A DNA stretch of 64,000 bases from Camelus dromedarius (GCF_036321535.1 NC_087436.1:99450001-99514000), one strand, 5' to 3'. Numbered from the stretch's first letter, positions 40,536 through 54,500 are shown. The notes: a model not told the origin generated them from the sequence alone. Numbers and translations: made by a program.

Positions 40536-42325
40536 CGGAAATCAGCCTCCCAGTGTCTAACTAGTGAATGGTTACACTAAAATTATAAAAAGAAGAAACC
40601 TAAATATTACAAAAATGAAAGTTCTCTGCATCCAAACTCAAGGAATTTGGCCAGCTGTATTTAGAGGAAAATTGATAGAAATAAATTCCACTATTTTTAA
40701 AGTAGAACATTATAAAAATGTAACCAAAAAATTTTAATTAAGAGACAAATGATTATAAATCAACATTTCAAGTTGTAGAAATGTGTATTTGGCCTCCATA
40801 TAGTAGTTTAATTCTTAAAGTACCTGCACCATCTTTGGACAAAGGAAATCAAATATTATGCATTCAGATTTTTCTAAATTCTCCTTTAGCACAACACACA
40901 CAGATGCACCTAGGAACACACATGGATAGTTAAGAGTCTGGGAAAAAAAAAACTCAGAATATTTACAGTGGCTTTGAGCAGGTGGTTAGAGTTTAGGTTC
41001 ACTTAAAATTTTTTACTGCTTTCTGCATTTATAATTTTGTATTAAAAGTATTATACACCAATGATTATTAATGGTGAAAAATAGCTACATACCTGTGTCT
41101 CCTTCATGTGGCACTTAATTTCTGTAGGACAAATATATGTGATTTGAACAATGGTTGTGCTTATAAGTGCATGTGTCTTATGTGTGTGCGTGTGTGTAAT
41201 CACTTTAGAACATCTTGATACAGGTAAGATTTCTATACTGAATAAGATAATACTTTATTTTTAGACTATTATCAAAGATGATTATCCTGCCCACAATTCT
41301 AAATTTATTTGAGAATTACTTACTGAGATATCTGAATGTGAAACATTTAGTGCTAAAAAAATTTCTGCAGCCAACACGTTGAACTTAATGGACAATACAA
41401 TTCTTAAACTTGACAAAATAATTTTATTAGTTTTTCTAGTGAGAAGTCATCAATGTTAATAAGTTTCAGTGTTTTAAAGAAGCAATGATAAAATATATTG
41501 ATATGGTTAGTGTCTAAAAATCACTTGTTTCTGGATTGGGAAATTATTTTACATTCCAGCCCACATTAAACACTGCTCATGACAAGTGGTCAGTAAGTAG
41601 GATAACTTGTATCCAGTTTTGGCTGTGACTCTGCTTCATTGAATAAACTTTTGACAACTTGCCCTGTCTGGTTTTAAGTTTCTTCTTCCTTACATAAGGG
41701 CACTGGATGAGACATATTCTATACTTCCTTCCTGCTCCATCACTGTGTATATATATATTATGTTTTTTTCTTTTTGAATTAAGTTCCATTTGGTAATAAT
41801 TCTCAAAGAACCAAGAAGTGTAGTTTAAAATAAATTTTCATTGGAAACAGGAAAAAATTAAAATATTCCAGCAGAGAACCATATCAGTTTAAAATTGCGT
41901 TTCCATATGGAATTAGGTCACTAGTTTTAGTAAGGCATTTCAACATTTCTGGACATTTCATCACCCTGGAATTAAGCAGCAAATTAAAATTTTCTGGAAA
42001 GAATAATTTTAACATTTAAGTATTTTAAGACTATGTTAAGTAAAAAGCATAAAAATAATTTTAAAGAAGTAATACTCTCTTTAAAGTTGGGATTTCCAGA
42101 TAGAATTTCCAGTAATACTCTTTTTAAAGTTGGGATTTCCAGATAGTTACTTAGATCTAAGTATAGATAAAGAAAAGTTGATAATAGAATTAGATTGGAA
42201 AAAAGTCAAGACAGTTACCCCATGTGAAATTTTGCTTCTTTTTTTTCAAGGAAGTAAATTTTTTAAAATTGAAGTTTGGTTGATTTGGTTGTATTAGTTT
42301 CTGGGGTAGAGCAAAGTGATTCAGT

Positions 42326-42392
42326 TGTGTGTGTGTGTGTGTGTGTGTGTGTATACACACACATACATACATACATACACACACATACACAC
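42326..42392. repeat. (GT)n(AC/ATAC)n microsatellite in the L1 3' UTR
   Basis: Seen directly. Confidence 0.9.
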
Positions 42393-42771
42393 ATGCACTC
42401 CTTTTCATATTGTTTTTCATTAAAGGTTATAAGATACAGCATATAGTTCCCTATGCTATATAATAGGACCTTGTTGTTTATCTATTTTATATGCAGTAGT
42501 TTGTATCTGCTAATCCCAAACTCCTAATTTATCCTTCCCCTCCTCTCTTTACTCTTTGGTAACCATAAGTTTGTTTTCTATGTCTGTTAGTCTAATTCTG
42601 TTTTGTAAATAAGTTAATTTGTATCATATTTTAGATCCCACATATAAGTAATATCACATGATATTTGTCTTTCTCTGTCTGACTTATTTCACTTGCTATG
42701 ATAATCTCTAGGTCCAGCCATGTTGCTGCAAATGGCATTATTTCATTCTTTTTAATGGCAGAGTAATATTC

Positions 42772-42825
42772 ATATATATATTCATATATATATACATATA
42801 TATATATACATATATATATATATTC

Positions 42826-42903
<78 letters not shown>
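42772..42903. repeat. (TA)n-(TG)n-(TA)n compound microsatellite inside L1 ORF2
   Basis: Seen directly. Confidence 0.95.
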
Positions 42904-42907
<4 letters not shown>

Positions 42908-45079
42908 TATACTATATCTTCTTTACTCATTCATCTGTCCATGGACATTTAGGTTGCTTCTATATCTTAGCTATTGTAAATAGTGCTTCTATGAACAGAG
43001 GGGTGCATGTATTTTTCAAATTAGAGTTTTCTCCAGATATATGCCCAGGAGTGGGATTGCTGGATCATATGATGTCTATTTTCAGTTTTTTTAAGAATAT
43101 ACATAGTGTTTTCCATAACTACTTTACCAACAGTGTAGGATGGTTTCCTTTTCTGCACACCCTTTCCAGCATTTACTGTTTGTGTACATTTTAATGGTGG
43201 CCATTCTGATTGGTGTGAGGTAATACCTCATTGTAGTTTTGATTTTCATTTCTCTGATAACTAAAGACATTGAACATCTCTGCATGTGCCTATTGGTCAT
43301 CTCCTTGTCTTCATTGGAGAAATGTCTTTTTAGGTCTTCTGTTCATTTTTGATTGGATTATTTGTTTCTTTTGTTATTGAATTGTATGAGATGTTTGTAT
43401 ATTTTGGAATTAATCCCTTGTCGGCTGCATCATTTGCAAATATTTTCTTCCAGTCTGTAGGTCTTTTGTTTTGTTTATGGTTTCCTTTGCTGTGTAAAAG
43501 CTTATACATTTGTTTAGGCCCCATTTGCTTATTTTTGCTTTTTTTCTATTGCCTTGGGAGACTAACCTAAGAAAATATTGCTGCGATTTATGTCAGAGAA
43601 GATTTTACCTATTTTCTCTTCTAGGAGCTTTATGGTGTCCTGTCTTGTATTTAAATATTTAAGCCATTTTGAATTTATTTTTGTGTATGGTGTGAGAGAG
43701 TGTTCTAACTTCATTGATTTTCATGTGGCTGTGCAGCTTTCTCAACACCACTTGCCTAGAAGACTATCTTTTTTCCATTGTATATTCTTGCCTCCTTTGT
43801 CAATTATTAATTTACCATAGGTGTATGAGTTTATTTTTGGGCTCTCTATTCTGTTCCATTGATCCATGTATCTGTTTTTGTGCCAATACCATGCTGTTTT
43901 GGTTACTGGAGTTTTGTAATATTGTCTGACATTTGGGAAGGTTATGCCTCCATCTTTGTTCTTTTTCCTCAGGATTGCTTTGGCAATTCTGGGTCTTTTG
44001 TGATTCCGTATAACTTTTAGGATTATTTGTTCTAGTTCTGTGAAAAGTGTCATGGGTAATTTGATAGGGATCACATTAAACCTGTAGATTGCCTTGGGTA
44101 ATATGGCCAATTTAACAATATCAATTCTTCCAATTCAACAACATGGGATATCTTTCCTGTTCTTTAAATCATCTTTAGTTTCTTTTATCACTGTTTTATA
44201 TTTCTCAGTGTATATGTCTTTCACCTCCTTGGTCAGATTTTTTATTTTTTTGATACAATTTTAAAAGCGATTTTTTTTTTTTATTTTCCCTTCCTGATGT
44301 TTCATTGTTAGTATAAAGCAATGCAACAGATTTCTGTATGTTAATCTTGTATATTGCTACTTTGCTGAATTTCTTTATCAGTTCTAGCGGTTTTGTGTGG
44401 AGTCTTTAGACTTTTCTATATATTGTATCATGCCATTAATATATAATGGCAATTTTACCTCTTCCCTACTGATTTGGATACCTTTTATTTCTTTTTCTTG
44501 TCTCATTGCTGTTGCTAGGCTTTCCAATACTATGTTGTATAGAAGTGGTGAGAGTGAGCATCCTTGTCTTGTTCCAGATTTTAGCAGGAAGATTTTCAAC
44601 TTTTCACAGTTGAGTATTATGTTACAGTTTTGCTTCTTGATTATCAACATACATTCTCAGTACAAGTGTGTCATGATATTTCCAACTTCTTAACTTATAT
44701 ATGAGGTGTAGGAAATCATATGCCAAGTTGTTTATTTTTTTGAAATATAACTGAAACTTCACTCCAATCTGAGGAACTGATGTGACCTTAAACAATAAGT
44801 TTCCATACATAAAGTTCTCTTTGTTTTATTTGTTTACTATTAAGAATTGTATACAGGCTCATTTGAAAAAAAAATTGGCCAAGATACTTTTATAAAACTA
44901 AAATCAACATAAATAAAAGTGGTAACTTCTTTAATATTATACATTTGAAGAGTTTTTAAATTAATCTGTTAATATTATCAAATTACAGAATATGAAATCA
45001 AAGTAGATAAAAATTTAAAGCTGATGGCTTATTTAGGTATAATCCATTTACGAGCATTTTTATTTATTTTTAACAACTC

Positions 45080-45400
45080 ATGTCTTACTTAATGTATGCC
45101 AACCACAGTTCTGAGCACTTTACATTATGAACTCATTTAATTTGCAAAATAACCATATGAGCGAAATGCTACTGTTAATCATCCCCATTGGATAGGTGCA
45201 GATATCAGGACTTTCGGTGTATTGCACCAGGTCTTGAAACTAATGGCTCAGCCAGCATTCAAACTCATCAGTCTGTGTTCTTAGTCACGATATTAGACAC
45301 TTGCTTAACAAAAAGTGAAATCAAAACTCAGAGAGGCTGTGTGACTTACTCAGGGTCTTAAAGCTATTTCACAGAAAACCCAACATGAGCAACATTCTCC
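45080..45400 (-). mobile_element. MIR fragments
   Basis: 'aatgtatgccaaccacagttctgagcactttaca...aactcatttaat...atccccatt'. Confidence 0.6.
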
Positions 45401-45930
45401 CAAGTCACTTTAATATGTAATAAATTGAGGGGAAAACACAGCAAAATAATTCAAGAGAATCAAACACATTCCTAGTATAAAGTATCTCTTTGTTTCTGTT
45501 CACTTCCTATTATAGTTTTCTAGAGGTAGAAAATAAACACCACTTTGAAAAAAATCTCTTAGCCGTGTTTCTCAGTATTTGCTGAATGATACTATTTTTT
45601 TTTTTTAATACAATGTTCCACATTAACCTGAACTGAAGAAAGGAGGTAGAGTAGTAGGAGGGGGTTTGGGATGGGGATTAGAAACAGTGAAGCACATTGA
45701 AGAATAAATATGGGCTTTTCATTTTGTAAACATAGAAACGAGAGTGAGGGGCATAAGTTTCTGGAAGAGTTTCTCCATTATGTGTGTTTCTAAGACAGCA
45801 TTCCAACTAGCACTGATGCAGATCCCCACCCCTCCCAAATACTCTGCATTTGTGTGTTTTCCACCATATGGACACCATAAATGAAGAATAAAAAACACAA
45901 ATGCCTCCCATATCAGGCAGGGTATAACTA

Positions 45931-45933
45931 TAT

Positions 45934-45988
<55 letters not shown>

Positions 45989-45990
45989 TT
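45931..45990. repeat. (TTTA)n tetranucleotide microsatellite, about 15 units
   Basis: Perfect run. Confidence 0.95.
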
Positions 45991-46009
45991 ATGCTTGCAT
46001 CGTATCAGA

Positions 46010-46240
46010 ATGCAGTGGTGCTGTAGCCAACTGCAGTGACTCTTCCTCACCCATTTAAAGGGGTCACACACACCTACCACTTAACCCATCAATTGTTGCG
46101 ATGCAGGGGTGCAGACCAGGTGGTTCAGGATCTCTGATTTTGACTTTATGCAACATTATCTAATATTAAAATTTTGGCTCTTTGTAACTGTGTGGATAGA
46201 AACCAGCTCCATAGCACTTTTTCAGGCAGCTTTCAATCTC
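46010..46240. mobile_element. hAT-Charlie non-autonomous DNA element remnant (MER102-like)
   Basis: 'ttgttgcgatgcaggggtgcagaccaggtggttcaggatctctgatttt' recalls MER102. Confidence 0.4.
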
Positions 46241-49200
46241 TGCCATAAATAATCTCAGACAGAGGGTTGATTGTGTTTTTATTCATTGGAAAGTGACCAC
46301 ATGCTTCTATAAAACTTTATTTAAAGCCATTATAATCTGTTTTCTGATGAAATGATGTGGAGATGCACAAAAAGAATGTCATATGCATGAAAATTTTCAA
46401 TACATTTTTCATAGTTGGAAAGTAGACACATAAATTTTACTGTGGCTTTGAAAATAGATTAAATCTGTTCGAGCTTGAAGTAATTATACTATTGTGCACT
46501 CACATTTACGTAAATTAATATCTAAAGATGGAACCAATTGTAAGTGAAATTTGATTAAGCTAAGGTGTCATATCACACTGTATGCCAATGGTTTGTAATT
46601 GATCAGATATGCAAATATCAATTTATAAATGTAATAAACTGTGCATACAAAATGGATTAAATATAAGATGCTTAAGACAATATAACATGTCATTAGAATG
46701 TAAGATGATGTGGCATAAAAAGATTGAGCTCAATTGCTTAATAAATAATGTAATAAAATGTAATAGAGGGCATTTGTGGAATGAAATTGGGAATCTCATG
46801 GAAACATTTCATTCAAATGTGTCTTATATGTTCAAACACCCAAAAGTTTCATAATTCAGGAAGAAGTTATTGGCTTAAGTAATAGAATTAATTTCTGTCA
46901 TTGATATTGGATGGCTTACCTGCACACAACTCTTGCATGTGGGCATTCTTATTATCATCTTTCCTACATAACTTGATGCTGTTTAAACATTACTGAACCA
47001 GATCTTTATGGAGTGCTGTGTATAAGCCTCAAATGTATTCTTCATGGAGTATAATCCTCAAATGTACTCTTTTCACATAGAGCACAACTCCACAACTTTT
47101 GGATAATTTGAAAAAAAATCCCACCCCACCTTTTATCCCTTCACAACCCAATAAAGGCAAGCTATATGAGAAAGATATCTTAGCAGTGGGAAAAAATTCA
47201 TCTTTTATAGGAATGTATGATTGGGAACAAGGGTTGCTTATAGTTTTGCTGCCACATTCTTTAGTAGGATCATGACAAAAATACTGAAGGCCTGTTTCAG
47301 AAGTGGAACGAACGTTATGTGCATCATGTTATGGCAGGTGGGCTTGAGTTCAAAATCCGATTGTTATATACCACGTCCTGCCTTACAAGCCATTATCTTA
47401 GTTAACCATTATAACTAGCTATTTTTTTTTCAGTGACAAAAATCTGAGATACAATATGCCATACAGATCTTGAATGAGAGTCAACATTGAGACTATGGAG
47501 TCATTTGTTCTAAGAATTCCCTATTATATAAACCATCCATAATACAGTGTATGACACTCAGCATATTTTTCTAAAATCATTCCAAACCCTAGAAGCCAAT
47601 GCTACAAGAGATAAAAGGGAGTGGGAAGTACAAGCTAAGAAGGCTTGCAGGGCAATCTTAAAGCAGAGGACTGTGTAAAATGAGAGGTAAAATTAGATGT
47701 TTATATTTTATATTTAGAGGATGGCCAAACACAAGTTCAGATTTAATTCAGAGGCAGACTTTATTAGACTTTGAAATAAAGGAAGTTATCATTTTTTTCT
47801 CTCCATTTTAGTAATGCTGGATAACACAACTGGTAGAGGCAAACAGCACTTCTCCAGGGGAGAGGTTATTTTAAATAATTGTCTACTTCATACTTTTGAA
47901 AGTTTTGAAATAATCACAGTAAGGAAGCAAGTGTGTAGAACTTTATTACACTTTTTATACTTGTTCTAGGTCTTAATATCTTGTTTTTATTTAAATTTGT
48001 ATATTTTTATTTAAATTGATACATAGAGAAGATACTGTAAACTCTTCAGTGCTTGAAATTGCACCCAACAATTATTTGAAATATAGCACTCTTCTGTTGA
48101 TTTCATTTCTCTCCTATCATAATGAGTTGTTTTAGGATAGAAAAGCCAATATATATGAAACAATGAATCATGATTAATACATTTATGACATGTCTTATGA
48201 AGGAGTTGCCTTTGGACAGAAAAAGAATGCTTTCACTCTGACAGAATACTTGGCTACCTTAGCCATGCCAGATCAGAAAGATCCTTCAGATAAAAGCTTG
48301 TTGAGGAAAACCAGTCACAACCAGAGGTGTTCCAGTCCATTCTGGGTTTGTTAGAGGTTGGAAAGATATATAGGGAAGGCCGGATCTCTGGGAATTCTAT
48401 ATGCTTTTCTTTAGTAGAAAGGAAAAATATTTTTGAAAGATTTTAACCTTTCCTCCCATGTTCTTTGAAAACTTGAAATTAATACCAAAAATAATGTGTG
48501 GTCTTACTGAACTTGCGAAATATTGTGGGAGCTGGTAGGTACCATGTACTGTACTGTGAAGATGTTTATATATTATGCAACTCTTAGAACAATTGAGGGA
48601 AATATAGTCTTGATGTGTGAATAAGGAATCAATAGAATATAGTCATCCAGTCATGCAATAGCAAACTCTAAGGTGTATAAAACCTATTTTTTTTTAAGAA
48701 GCTTATGGGGAGGGGAAAATGAACACTGTTAATGAAAGGATACATGTGGAATTCTTTTCAACTTGAAGGAAGGAGAGACTACACGCAGATGAGAGGATTT
48801 TGAAGACTTTGGAGAAGAAGAGATAGTGTTTGAATTGCTTTCTGCTAAGAATCTCCATTCTGTGAGAAACAAAGGACAGCTACTGGAAGTTGTTTCAGGC
48901 AGAACAAAATGCGGGTTCAGTGGTCTTGAGATATAGACTCCTAACATTTTTCCTCTTTGCAGAAAAGGTAAAATGACAGTGATGACAAGATCATCTACTG
49001 TAGGCTTAAGCTGTTAAACAGCAAATCCAGGATATGTCATTACACTCAGGAGGGATGTTGAAAAGTGTGTCACAGGAAGCAGCATAAGGTCAGTGGCTTC
49101 TGTGCTTCAGGGAAAACTTTATGTGGCAATTAAGCTGAAATTAGCTCTGTTCTTGCCAAAAGCCACAACCCCTTGAGGTGTTATTAAAGAAAGCTACCTG

Positions 49201-50094
49201 ACTAATCAACCAGACTAACACTATGGCCAAAATTCTGGTGCCTCAAGTGGGTTGAACAAAGCAATCAGTGAACTTACATAATGGAATCTGTGTGAGGCCT
49301 AATTTGGCCAGTGTGGTTCTTATGTTGCAGTTTCTCCAAATTGGAAGAACGCAGAATTAGGCTGGTTGGTTTGCTTGCTTGCCTCCATAGCTGTTTGCAT
49401 TCATTTTGCTTTTTTGTTGTTTTGTTATTCCTTTTAAAAATCTTTGTACAGGGACTAGAAAAAATTGTCCGCTTAATATATTTTCTGGACTGCTTTCTAA
49501 TATTCCTCTGTTTTTTTTTTTCTAATAACTTCTTCAGTTTGTAGCTCCAAACATGAACAGCCCTAGCCTGCCACAAGTAATATTAAGGTAATGCAAAAGG
49601 ATAACAGAAAATGGGGACTAGAGGTGGATACCAGTGAGTGGAAATGCAGAAAACTGAACACCTAGCTGATGGGTCTGTCACTAGTAAAGGTGTGAAGTCA
49701 AGGGGTAAGCCCAAATGCCTTACTGAGTTCTCCAGTGCACATCACAGTCTGTCTTTACCTGGGGTAACTACTGTATGACTGAATGCCTCTCTAAGGCAGC
49801 CAGTTATTTTTGAACTTCTATCATGTTTCAGGAATTATGTAGATGAATAATGTATGGTCTTTCCTTTCAAGTTGATGAGAGTGTAATTTAAGTCAGGCCA
49901 ACTGACTAAAGCAGGCAATTTTAAGCAAATTCAGGGATAGAGCTGTGTACAGGGCACGTCTGTAGCCTTGAGAGAAGGGCTCAGGAAGATGTTCCTGGGG
50001 AGGGCAATTCCTCAACTGAGGTAAATTACAAGGATGGCAAAGCTAGATTTCCTTCAATTGAGGTCGATGGTGTCAAGCAAGAATCTATCCCTTA

Positions 50095-50265
50095 ATGCAT
50101 ACTTGTGCATATTCATATAATATACATGTACTATATTGATATGTATACACATATATTAATGTGTGCCAAATATACATGTATGTGTATGCATTTGTATATG
50201 TGTACTTGTAATATATTTTATTTATATATACATGTGTGTGTGTTTGTACATACGTACACACATAC
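50095..50265. repeat. Degenerate (TA/TG/CA) low-complexity tract
   Basis: Alternating purine-pyrimidine sequence. Confidence 0.8.
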
Positions 50266-50565
50266 AATTCACACTACTCTTAAGAGTTTAACTGGAACAT
50301 TGATTTTAGGGAACACGGAACTGCCTAGTCTCACCTGGGTCCTGTTTTGTGTCATGACTTTTGTGCACTGTTGTGGCAAGGGGAAGTCATGGAGCAATAA
50401 TTGTAACATTTACCCCAACCTCCAAAGTCTTCTAACAGTTACGTAAGTTCCATTTAATGTCAGTCAAATGGAGCCTAAGGCTCACTGGAGATGTGCTGTC
50501 AGATGGTGTATAATCTAGGTGGCACTGAACAAGTTTTTTGAAAGGGCTGTGTCACCGTGTGGCCA

Positions 50566-50580
50566 CCACCAGAGGGCCCA
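50566..50580 (+). promoter_or_regulatory. Candidate CTCF motif
   Basis: CCACCAGAGGGCCCA compared with the consensus CCAC(C/T)AG(A/G)(T/G)GGC(G/A)C. Confidence 0.45.
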
Positions 50581-51118
50581 ACAGGAATTGTTCTTTGAAC
50601 AACACTCCAGAGTAGTTACTGAAACAGTATCTTTAAACAGTTTTGCTACAAAGGGGTCTGGGGCGAACATGCAAGAAACAGCATAGCTTAAGAAAATGCT
50701 ACCAGGAGCACTTACTTGGAAGTTACTGGCAAAGAAAGCAAATGTCATCCTCTGGAAGTCCCTGTGTGGATGGTTGCTGCTGGCACGTGCTTCACTGGGA
50801 GCATCTGTTAAGATGTGCACTCTGAGAGTAGACTGGCCATTAGTTGTCATCATCCTAACATATTACCCTTAAAACCAAGGGAAGGGTTGCACTGTGGGAA
50901 CTTTCATTATATTCCTTCCTTACAAAGAAATAATATCCCAATAGGAAAGCTGGAAGCAGGATTTCCAAGGGGAAAGATAGAATTGTAGATAGACAGAAGA
51001 GAGATGAAGACTGTCATTTGTTAGATTTGTGCCTAGATTTGTCCATGTGTAAAATAGGGAGAGTAACTGCTTCTTCACTGTCTTGAGTGTGTAATTAGAA
51101 TATGTATTTTTTTAAAAC

Positions 51119-51584
51119 TGTGGGGGTAGAAAGAGTGGTGCTCTTCCAAAGATGTCTGCGTTCTAATCTCGTGAATCTATTCACATATTACTTTACATGG
51201 CACAGAGAATTTGCAGATGTGATTAAGAGTCTTGATACGGGGAGATTATTTTGGATTATGCAGGTATCCCATGTAGTCACAGGAGTTATTGTAAAAGGGA
51301 GCTGAGCAGATCAGAGCAGAGAAAAAAGAAATATGACAAAGAAAGAAAGGCTGGAGGTGTTTTGAAGATGGAAGAAGGCACCGTGAACCAAAGAATATGG
51401 GTGACATCCAAAAGTTGGAAAACACAAAGAAACAGATTCTTCTTTGGAGCCTCCAAAAAGACCACAGCACTGCCAATACCTTGATTCTATCCCTTTAAAG
51501 CTCCTTTTGGAAGTCTGACCTGTAAAATTGTAAGATAATGAGTTTGTGATTATGTTTTTGCAGTGGCAACAGGAAATTAACACA
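51119..51584 (+). mobile_element. MaLR solo LTR, MLT1D-like
   Basis: 'ccaaagatgtc...ttactttacatggcacagagaatttgcagatgtgattaag' ending 'ggaaattaacaca'. Confidence 0.8.
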
Positions 51585-54500
51585 GACTATTGTAATATCC
51601 ACCACAGAGGAACTGTTTCATAAATGGATATTATAATAATAATAGTTGCTTTATATTGCATAGTAAGATTCTTTCAAAATAGTTGTTTAGGAATCAATGG
51701 CCTTTAATTTGTTAATTTATTTACTACTCTTGCACTTAATTTGTTAATTTATGTGCTGCTCAGAGCACATACTCTGGATGGTGCTTTGCATATATTATTT
51801 CTATACCTCATACCATTTCAGTATTACTAGTATTTTTGTCATTTGTAATTGGGAATATGATATTCAATCCATTCATCAAATCATTGCATTATTAACAAAT
51901 ATATAAAACAAATTTTGTGCTTTACTTACATGTTTTAATAAATATCTGTTGTGCCACCAAAGTCACATAATTGATTTCAAGTTACCATTTATATGCTATT
52001 TCTGTGTTTCCCCTTCTTTTAACACAGATAAATATTATTTTTTCTATGCTTTTCTCGTTTGCTATTTAGAATAACTGTGAGCATCAACATCTGTTCTTTA
52101 TTAATCAAGTTTCTGGTTAAGGTACAAAATGGAAATAATGGTTAGTTTCTCTTAAACTTTCCTTCTGACTTTTTTATCTTCTGAATTTCTTATTTTTTCC
52201 TCAAGTCATTCTGACCTTCATTTAATGATAGTAATTTATTTTCCTGCCTTCAATGATCTTCATTTACTCATGGCCATTCCATGGCATCTTATAGAGACAA
52301 GACCTTTGTTTCTTCTAAATATTTTCAACTTATGTTACATTGAAATAAGAGTATTAGACAAAATTAAACAGGTTTATTTATATAGTACATATAGACAACG
52401 TGCTCCAAAGCTCGTTACCATCTGGAGATTAACATATGGCACAGGTACTAATTGTAGCCACCTCTATAATTCACAAAACAGTGCTTAGAGCCTGATTCTA
52501 GCCTATTTCCATGAGGATCACATTTTCTGAATAGGAATTTGATATTTATTATCTGACAGATCTTTTCAAATTGAAAATTTATTTCTGTGAAAACTTTTAC
52601 AAAAATAAATCATTAACTCATAAAATTAGCTTCCACATTTACATACTTCTCTAATTGTACTGTTGCACTTTCCTCATTTCTCCTAAGCTCAGTTGTAATC
52701 ATTATGGAGGATAAGACAGTCAGTTCATTTTTATGTTGACAGTACCAAACAACAAACCAGAATAAGGGAGAACTCAATTTACAGATATAAAATAAATTCA
52801 GTAAGTCACTTTACTGTAAGAAATACCATTTTATAAAATAGGATGGGCCATCATGAAAAAAATCGACAGAAGTTACTTCCATAGGAATGAATAGCACATT
52901 ATTTGTTATTTATTAGTTGCTATTTATTGAATATGCTTTTAACTCTAAGGAAGCTAATTATCTGGTGTTGGTCCCTCATATTCATACATCTAATTAAATG
53001 TGTAAAATTGTCACAGTCTAATGAGACACTTAGTTAATTCTTTATTTGTGCCAAATTGGTTCCCTTTACATTATTTTGTTTAGGTTATTCTTTATTCTAA
53101 TAAATACCTGGCTATTTATTTTTGATTGTTTAAAGTCAGTCCAAACGTATTGTACTGTTTCTCAGTTTCTACTATTCTAGAATGTCTTTCCCACCTCTTT
53201 GAACACATACTGGTCTGTTTTTCCATGTACTTATGTTGTTTGTAACTATAACCTTTGTAATTACATGTCTTATTTCTTAATTACCTACTGCCTAGTTATT
53301 TTTCCCAACTGCTTTCTATCAGCAAGTTCTTAGCTCCTATTTTAATCAATTAAGCTTCTCAAGAATAGGAAAAATGCTTTGTTCTCCTTTTTAATGAAAT
53401 TCTCATTTCTAGTAACTATGTGAGTTTCATGATGTCTGAGATTTTGTCTACTTTATTCATCTCTGAATTCATCACCAGTATCACAAAGAGATGTTCAATA
53501 AATATTTATGGAGTCAGTGAACATGCTGATCACCCTATTTATCAGTATTTCATCAGTGTAATTTCTGAGAGGCTAAGTTTACTGCATCAAATGTAGGAAT
53601 CTTTACAATTTTACACACTTCACCACATTAAGAAGGAGAAAAATGGTTGAGAATTATGCCTTGGCCCCATCCCTAGCATCAAGTCTATCTGTGATTCATG
53701 ACCTACTGCTTGATTTGGCCCATTAAATTAAAATGTGCTAGGAAACCAGGCTACTTGGCACTAGGAGAAAGGGACTATCCATACGCATAAAAGAGACTGG
53801 AGACCAGTAGCTGAGGAACAAAGGGAAAACGTAAATCTCTTGCAGTTCTCTGCTTATAAGCAAATTATTGTTAAACACCTGTAACTCTTTTATTACTTAA
53901 ACCTAAAGCAGAAGAACCTTAATTATTTTTTTAGGATTATGAAATTACTGTGTTTACACTAGAAGACTTAGATTAACCAAATACACTTTTCTTGAACAGA
54001 AGATAAAATATCTATTTAATAACATCACTTATAAACTGAGAATCTAGCTTCTCTAGCTGTAATATAAATCATATTTTAGGAATGTAAGTATATTAAAATT
54101 AGCTTTCTAATAATGGTCATTAATTCTTAGAAACTTTTAGAGGCTTAGCCACTTATAAGTACAAAAGTTCACATCTAACGATCATCTAAGAGGCTAAAAC
54201 TAAATATCATTTATCATACTTGGTTCATATATAAGGATTATATTTTTGCAATTAAGATTCCACAAATGATCATAGTTTCTTTTTTTTTCAAATGAACATG
54301 ATAATAGGAAGAACCTTTTACTTGGTCATTCTGATATAATAGGCTGAATTTGTTCAAAGTCATGAAGAAAATGTTGTTCTTTAAATAAGTATGCTATGTA
54401 GTAGGAAGGAATCTTGCTTTTTGCAGTTGTCTGTTCATCTCAGTCAAGTAAAGTAGAAAGTGTTCTACTTGTTGATTGAATGTTTCTCCAATTTGAAGAT

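Larger units (their letters stand above)
42241..44624 (-). mobile_element. 5'-truncated L1 of intermediate age (cetartiodactyl type), with internal microsatellites
   Basis: ORF2 remnants 43742-44110 (LPKAIYRFN...AWYW) and 44384-44650 ([10 protein letters not shown]); 11-bp TSD TTTTGCTTCTT at 42230-42240 and 44628-44638. Confidence 0.9.

Noticed and set aside
42068..42146. The 36-bp repeats as a mini CRISPR array
   Set aside because: Only two copies, a 7-nt spacer, eukaryotic context and no cas genes.
42190..43194. ORFs rich in YI/HT/CV dipeptides (also at 5506, 9446 and 50085-50446)
   Set aside because: They are translations of dinucleotide microsatellites.
50515..50853. 112-aa minus-strand ORF as a host exon
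   Set aside because: No recognisable protein similarity and no convincing flanking splice sites.
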